NCBI GenBank assembly: GCA_964016885.1
Contig: OZ024745.1
Location: 56,854,001-56,918,000 of the forward strand
Direction: 5' to 3'
DNA from: Eledone cirrhosa
Taxonomy: Eukaryota
DNA length: 64,000 nucleotides
In this document: in pieces, positions 56,725 through 64,000 of the stretch
How the letters are laid out: every line of letters starts with the position of its first letter
Numbering within the stretch: the stretch's first letter is position 1
The notes under the pieces: generated by a model
What the model was told of the DNA's origin: nothing
What the model saw: the letters and a program-made list of their open reading frames with translations, nothing else
The model's database searches: none
Position numbers and translations under genes: made by a program

Positions 56725-57050
56725 TTTCGTTTCTGAATTTGTTTAGCAAGATTCTTTATCTGAAATCGTGTGTTGAAACCGATAGTGTTATACTTTGGGA
56801 GGGTCATGTTGCCAATAAGAAACACACGCACCAGTTGTTTCACTTCAATTTATTATATATTTATAAATTTATAAATTTACAAATCTACAAACTTATAACC
56901 TTATAAATTTCTGGTTGGTTGGTTGGTTCCACAACCAGATAGTTGTTTATATATAGTCATAGTCCTTTCGTCACACACTCTGTGACCTCTTCAGTGACTG
57001 GGGATTCCTTTCTTTGTTTCTGTGCCTTTCCTTTCTTCTGTCCTACGCCA
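56725..57050 (-). mobile_element. PLE family A pLTR plus tail
   Basis: Reverse complement of 28470-28780, including the hammerhead. Confidence 0.9.
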
Positions 57051-57483
57051 CAAAATATATATATTATTATCATATATAAATATATAGTATTAAGGATACT
57101 ATTTATGGTTATGTATGTAATAAAACCTGTTATGGTTATATATTTTTTATACAAACCCTAAATAGTGAAAGATAGTCATTAATTACTATATGGTACTGTT
57201 TTGCCTACGATATAATATGTTTTATGATATGTTTGATATTTTGGTGTTTCTCTACATTCGGGACTGTATATCATACAGGTGTATGCGAAAAAATGATTTA
57301 ATAATTCAGCCCACATAATGATATCGATTGCCTGCTTCAACTGCCTGACCCTGCAAGTAACAATCTGAAGCACTCTAATCCTGTATAAATAAGACACGCG
57401 TGCATGCTACACGTGAGATTGTTTCATACACTGACTACTCTAAACTTTCCTCTTGCTTTACCTTCATAAACTGCCAATGCTTC

Positions 57484-57629
57484 ATTTTTATTTTTATTTT
57501 TATTTTTATTTTAATTTTTATTTTTATTTTTATTTTTATTTTTATTTTTATTTTTATTTTTATTTTTATTTTTATTTTTATTTTTATTTTTATTTTTATT
57601 TTTATTTTTATTTTTATTTTTATTTTTAT
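57484..57629. repeat. (TTTTTA)n hexanucleotide repeat
   Basis: Directly visible. Confidence 0.95.
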
Positions 57630-57847
57630 CCTTTAACCTTTATATGTAAATTGCCATGCTATATCATTTTGATGGAGGTCATCCCACTGTGGATCAATAT
57701 GTGCATATGTTTTTATATGTCTCTTGTGTTGAAAAGGAGGTCAAGTATGTTATAGATCACTAAATAGTTGCTCTGAAGAATCCAAACCTCGGTTTGGAGG
57801 AAACAATTGAAAGCAAATAAATGATGTAAACTGAACTTTGATTATTG

Positions 57848-58031
<184 letters not shown>

Positions 58032-58042
58032 AAATATATATA

Positions 58043-58188
58043 CATGGACACACTAGAAGAGGAAGACCAAGGTTAACGTATGTTGATGCCCTAAGGACAG
58101 ACACTGGTCTGTTGGAGACGCAGGACATGGCAGCGATAATGAGGGACAGAGACCGCTGGAGAGAACTAGGGAATTTTACCCACCTTAG
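58043..58188 (+). mobile_element. 3'-terminal RTE fragment (second copy)
   Basis: Near-identical to 4936-5094 with a small deletion. Confidence 0.75.
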
Positions 58189-58204
58189 ATATAGATATAT
58201 ATAT

Positions 58205-58760
58205 TTAATACATTAACAGAGAAAGCTTTAAGCTATACTCTGACTGGCTTCCATCTCACTCAACAAACATTAGGATATACCTTAGTATAATCCCAATTTT
58301 ACGTTTGGGGTGCTAACTATATGTATTTTGCGGAAAGCCAGTTGTATTATTTTATATGAGACATAATTAAAATATATCTCCCTTTCCAAACAATTGTTTC
58401 ATTATAAGTTTTCTACAAGTTGGGAAAATGTGTCCAGGTTATGTAGAACCCTACACACATTCCGTAGGAACAAATGCAGGTGGGCACTTATAAATCATCA
58501 GTGGATGCCCGTCAAACATCGATATAAAAAAACTCTCTTACCGATGCCGAATCCAATGTTAGCGATGGTCTCTCTCCGTATCAGAATGACCGCCAAATTT
58601 GAAATTCCAGCAGTCTCAGAATGAGAAATCTCACACTGTCATCAAGCGGAAAGGGGAAGTCATCGCGAAATATAAGAAAGTAAAATAATATACACGGGGC
58701 TCAATTAATTTTTTCAACAATTTTAACCTTGCGTGTGAAGAACTCAATTAGATTTAAAAA
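58205..58760 (-). mobile_element. family H divergent copy
   Basis: Shares terminal block, hammerhead and upstream motifs (GACAGTGTGAG, ATCGCTAA) with 17553-18245. Confidence 0.75.
58385..58505 (-). ncRNA. type I hammerhead motif with extended stem II (family H)
   Basis: Minus strand TCCA-CTGATGA-T-TTATAAG..78 nt..CTTATAA-T-GAAA-CAATTG-TT|TGGA. Confidence 0.7.
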
Positions 58761-58786
58761 AAAAAATATATGCATGTATTATTTAT

Positions 58787-58881
<95 letters not shown>

Positions 58882-59031
58882 AATATATATTTATATATAT
58901 AAATATATATTTATATATATAAATATATATATGTATATATATATATATATAGGTATATATATATATATATAGAAATATATATATATATAAATATATATAT
59001 AAATATATATATGTATATATATATAAATATA

Positions 59032-59117
<86 letters not shown>

Positions 59118-59166
59118 GAGGGGGAGAGGGGGAGAGAGAGAAATATATATATATATATATATAAAC

Positions 59167-59240
<74 letters not shown>

Positions 59241-59765
59241 TGGTTGCTTTCTTTGGCCTTTGCTGAGACTAGGATTCGTGACGATGATCATAACCTTAAA
59301 AATTCACAGGGAAAGGCTTTCTAATATTTTTTATAAATATCTCGTATATTATTCGATATACAACACGTACAAGCATGTCTATGACGTTATGTTGGGGCAC
59401 AAATATTAATTCATTTATATATATATGTGTGTGCGTGTGTGTGTATGTGTATATGTATGTGTATGTATATTTGTGTGTACATACAATGCATTGTGTTGCA
59501 TAATCATTTAGATTAAGTAGTTGCACCGTTATTTTCACATTAGTTTTATATAAAACTAACATTTTTTAAATGATTAATAATTCAGTGTTAATTTGGAAAA
59601 TTATCAAAATTCTGTTGTTTGCATTAAATCTGCTAGTGTGGGCCAAACTATTTCGACTTCACCCTTATATAGCATCCTTGATAAATTATGAGATTGTGTA
59701 AGTATTTACAATTGTATGCTTAACTAAATTTCGGCAGCCTGAAACTAAATGTATGGTGCTAGTTG

Positions 59766-59809
<44 letters not shown>

Positions 59810-59823
59810 CGATTTCGCTTCAA

Positions 59824-59948
<125 letters not shown>

Positions 59949-59949
59949 G

Positions 59950-59987
<38 letters not shown>

Positions 59988-60011
59988 TGTATATATATAT
60001 ATATATATATA

Positions 60012-60046
<35 letters not shown>

Positions 60047-60052
60047 GAGAGC

Positions 60053-60084
<32 letters not shown>

Positions 60085-60216
60085 GAGAGAGATAGAGATA
60101 GAGAGAGAGAGAGAGAGATAGAGAGATAGATAGATAGAGATATAATTCAAGTAATTCAAGTAAAGAAACATTGGTTGTCAGTATTATCATTATTATTGGC
60201 CACCAAAGAAAATGCC

Positions 60217-60604
60217 GGTGAATTGGCAGTATCGGTAGAGGGTCGGACGCCATGCTTCGACGCATAGAGTTACGGCCCTTGCCATTCTGAGTTCAAATCC
60301 CGCCGAGGTTAACTTTGCCTTTCATCCTTACGAGGTCGATAAAATAAAGTTCCAGTAATACACTGGGAAATTGATGGCCTTGTGCCAAAAGTAGAAACAA
60401 TTATTATTGTTAGGTTGGTGAATTGGCAGTATCGGTAGAGGGTCGGACACCATGCTTTGACGCATAGAGTTATGGCGCTTGCCATTCTGAGTTCAAATCC
60501 CGCCGAGGTTAACTTTGCCTTTCATCCTTACGGGGTCGATAAAATAAAGTACCAGTAATGTACTGGTTATTGCTGGCCTTGTGCCTAAAGTAGAAACAAT
60601 TATT
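60217..60604 (+). mobile_element. SINE head-to-tail dimer
   Basis: Copies at 60217-60408 and 60416-60604; ATTATTGTTAG flanks the second copy. Confidence 0.92.
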
Positions 60605-61024
60605 GTTAGAGAGACCGTTTAAATTAGACATCTTCTGTTTATTATGATATACGTATTTCAAAGACGTCAAAATGTTTGCATAATAAACGTTGACGTATTT
60701 CATTAGACATTTGTTAAGTTGTAATGTTTTATTTTGTATTACGATATGACATTGTAGTTAGGAACATGATGATAGCCCTACTACATGTGAGAATGACAGG
60801 TACAGAACTGTAGGCAAGCATGGTATGCGAGATACTAACATTGTTGAAAATATGCTTGGTCACTAGTCACAGGTGTCAAATGATAAAGGTGTTCAGATAC
60901 TACGTTTACATAGTCGAATTCATGTTTCTGAAGAAAGGTGACTCATGATTAAAGAACAATTTGACATGCGGGTGGGTCATCACGTAATTCGACATCGAGT
61001 TTGATGATACTTCCTAGCCAAATA

Positions 61025-61207
61025 ATTGTTTCTACTTTTAGGTACAAGGCCAAAAATGACTCAGTACATTACTGGTACTTTATTTTATCGACCCCGTAAA
61101 GATGAAAGGCAAAGTTAACCTCGACGGGATTTGAACTCAGACTGTAAAGGGACGTAACTATGCTAGAAATCACGGCGTCCAACCCTCTACCGATACTGCC
61201 AATTCAC
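61025..61207 (-). mobile_element. Meta-domain SINE with 16-18-bp TSD
   Basis: (AC)TTCCTAGCCAAATAAT at 61009-61026 and 61206-61223. Confidence 0.92.
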
Positions 61208-61484
61208 TTCCTAGCCAAATAATAGTAGTAAAAGTGTTCTCATTCACAACTTGAAAGGACTAAGAAACTCCCAAAGTTTTGACGTGAAATTACCAAAGAA
61301 TTCACTGTCTAAACACATTATCTTCATCAGCATATCCTATTGTATATATATATATTAATGTATGTATGTATTCACAAACAAACACACACACACACACATA
61401 TATATATATACAATATATACAACATATACATATATGTGTGTGTGTTTATGTATGTACATAGATATTAAGAAATATTAATATATA

Positions 61485-61592
<108 letters not shown>

Positions 61593-63078
61593 TATATAAT
61601 ATATATATATATATAATATTGTAGTATTTTCGATAATTTGATCTTTTATCAGCCAAGTTTGGAAACCGTAAATGTTATATTCGCTAAACAAATATTAATT
61701 GGAATTTGGAAAAGTTTATACAATTGAATCGTTTGCTTAAATAAATAATTTTCTGAGATGCATCTGAGTATATACACACCGACATACGTACATGTGTAAT
61801 ATATATCACCATATGCATTACATTGACAGATAATATTGAAAATATGTCGAAGGATTACATACACAACAATAAACTTCCAATCTAAGATGACCGGTTAGAA
61901 AATCCTAAACTATAGATTTCTGATGTTTCCTCGGCAACAAAATCTCATGTTCTGTATCTGCTGCTTTCAACTGCTTATATACCGGCGTAAAACATTTTCA
62001 ATATTAATATATTATTCTCTGTAATAATCTTAAGTTGTATTTGAATTGACGTTCTAATCTTTGCGTATGTATGTAATTATACTTTATGTGTGACATTGCA
62101 TGCCTCTGTACGTACAGATTAACCCCCTATTATTCACAGATACACGAAGGTACAGGGATGTATTTAGTCTCTTTCACACACACTGAACTTTCTCTCAAAT
62201 TAATTAAGGGGCCTCTGACAAAATATTACTGTCTAAAATAAGTGGCTCTCTTAGATCAATGGTGAGAGCACTCAGCCGGTTTATGAGATACGAAGTTCGA
62301 TTGCTCGTAGCTGTTGCTGTCAAAATCTTTCTTATAATTTTAACTTTCATTATCCGATTTGTATAAGATATTTTATAGCAACCTAGTGAAATTGCAGTTA
62401 CTTTCTTCGCTTTAGAAGTCTATAGAGTCTAAGAATTCATTTCTTCAGCGAGACTAATGTTTTTAACATCATGAAACGAATGTTATCCTCCCCGGATTAC
62501 TTTTCACCTTTGAGGTCTTTAATTGCTCTGGGGACCTCACTCACGTAGATTATACACATTGCCGCTGGATGCACTTTATGTACATCAGAACCTACTGTTC
62601 TAACCCGATTTGGGGAGAAATGAAGTATTCTATCCAAAGAGAATAACCTGATGGCAGACACGATGGCTGACTTTTTTTACGAAGTCGGTGGATGATCTGT
62701 CAGATAATTACTTCTGATCTAAGGTTAGATTCCACCTTAAACTTAAAATCACACCATGTCTTAGTGTTCAAATTCTTTACTAAAACTGCTACGAATTTCG
62801 CACCTGCTTCTATCCTGAATGTAAGAAGTAAGACTTATTTTCAAGACAAGCTTTGTAAGCATTCTTCTTTCCTCAAGTGCCATCTAGGTACTCGGACTTT
62901 TTCCGAAACAATTTGTTTTTGCTCCGTTTGGTTGACGAACGAGGGAATCTCTACTTGCTTCGGGAACTCCTAATAACTAGGAACTTATGCGCCAGTTTGC
63001 CATGTATTTTATACAATATACCGTATATATATAAGTCGATATATGTGTGTATATATGTATATATATATATATATATAT

Positions 63079-63461
63079 GAAAATAATGGAGCTGCGGCGT
63101 TGCAAATGGGTTACATATGAAAAAAGTTTGTCCTTCATCAGTGATCTTCCAACCATCATAGGCATTTCATCGCTTTAAAGACCATATACCTCCGGTTGGT
63201 GCGAACAACGGCTAAAAAAAGTCGTTGGGACACGTAAATAGAGGGTACACGAGGGTAAACAAACAAAATGGTTAAGCAACAGAAAGTTCCTTCCTCACTT
63301 TCTGTTGCTTAACCATTTTGTTTGTTTACCCTCGTGTACCCTCTATTTACGTGTCCCAACGACTTTTTTTAGCCGTTGTTCGCACCAACCGGAGGTATAT
63401 GGTCTTTAAAGCGATGAAATGCCTATGATGGTTGGAAGATCACTGATGAAGGACAAACTTT

Positions 63462-63469
<8 letters not shown>
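63079..63469. mobile_element. apparently perfect 173-bp fold-back with one-sided tail in (TA)n
   Basis: Arms 63115-63287 and 63297-63469, 9-nt loop TCCTTCCTC, unpaired tail 63079-63114. Confidence 0.88.
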
Positions 63470-63527
<58 letters not shown>

Positions 63528-63640
63528 ATGGATATATGTATGTACAAACATATATATATATATACATACACACACAGGTATATGTTTCTGTACGTGTACG
63601 TGCCTGTATGTATCTGTATGTGTGTATGTGTGTGTGTATG

Positions 63641-63677
<37 letters not shown>

Positions 63678-64000
63678 CTGTGTGCCTGTGTGCCTGTGTG
63701 TCTGCGTGTCTGTGTGTCTGTGTATTAATATATTGATGTAGTGAAAGATTCGTGATCTGCTTGTTTTAAGGAAAGACATGCTATGGAGTGTGGACATACA
63801 TATATTATATGTTTTAAAACACGATATGCTGAAAACAGCTATATCATCTCTGCACAAACTACTTCAACTTGGGTTGAATAGCAACAACAAGAGTATAATG
63901 ATCTTATTGAACATATTCTTAGTGCAGGAATACTGGAATAGTATGAAATCGATCACCTATTTAATTAAAATTTAAATCTTCAACAGCGTACCATATGTAG

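Noticed and set aside
62243-62310. tRNA-like A/B boxes (TAGATCAATGG..GTTCGATT)
   Set aside because: No intact cloverleaf; probably a decayed SINE head.

Overview
AT-rich, microsatellite-dense eukaryotic DNA. The repeat content suggests an octopus-like cephalopod (inference). No host gene, rRNA, intact tRNA or CRISPR array is supportable, and most listed ORFs are translations of (TA)n/(CA)n tracts. Recognisable elements are a decayed ~4.4 kb L1/Tx1-type LINE (10.7-15.1 kb) plus a collapsed relative, several RTE-clade fragments, about 11 copies of a tRNA-derived Meta-domain SINE, and two solo-LTR-like ~600 bp repeats. The notable system is a set of about nine short retroelement families, labelled A-I here (my labels), all inserted in (TA)n tracts. 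Families A and B carry Penelope-like element (PLE) coding remnants: GIY-YIG endonuclease in both, and a DKG/KDHK RT N-terminus in A. Most families carry a minimal hammerhead ribozyme motif (CTGANGA-stem II-GAAA-short stem III-TH) with compensatory changes between copies or families. They occur as near-perfect fold-back hairpins with a one-sided 3' tail, or as non-coding 1.3-1.5-mer tandem units resembling retrozymes. One family has an ~80-nt structured insertion in hammerhead stem II. All folds were derived by eye and need computational and biochemical confirmation.
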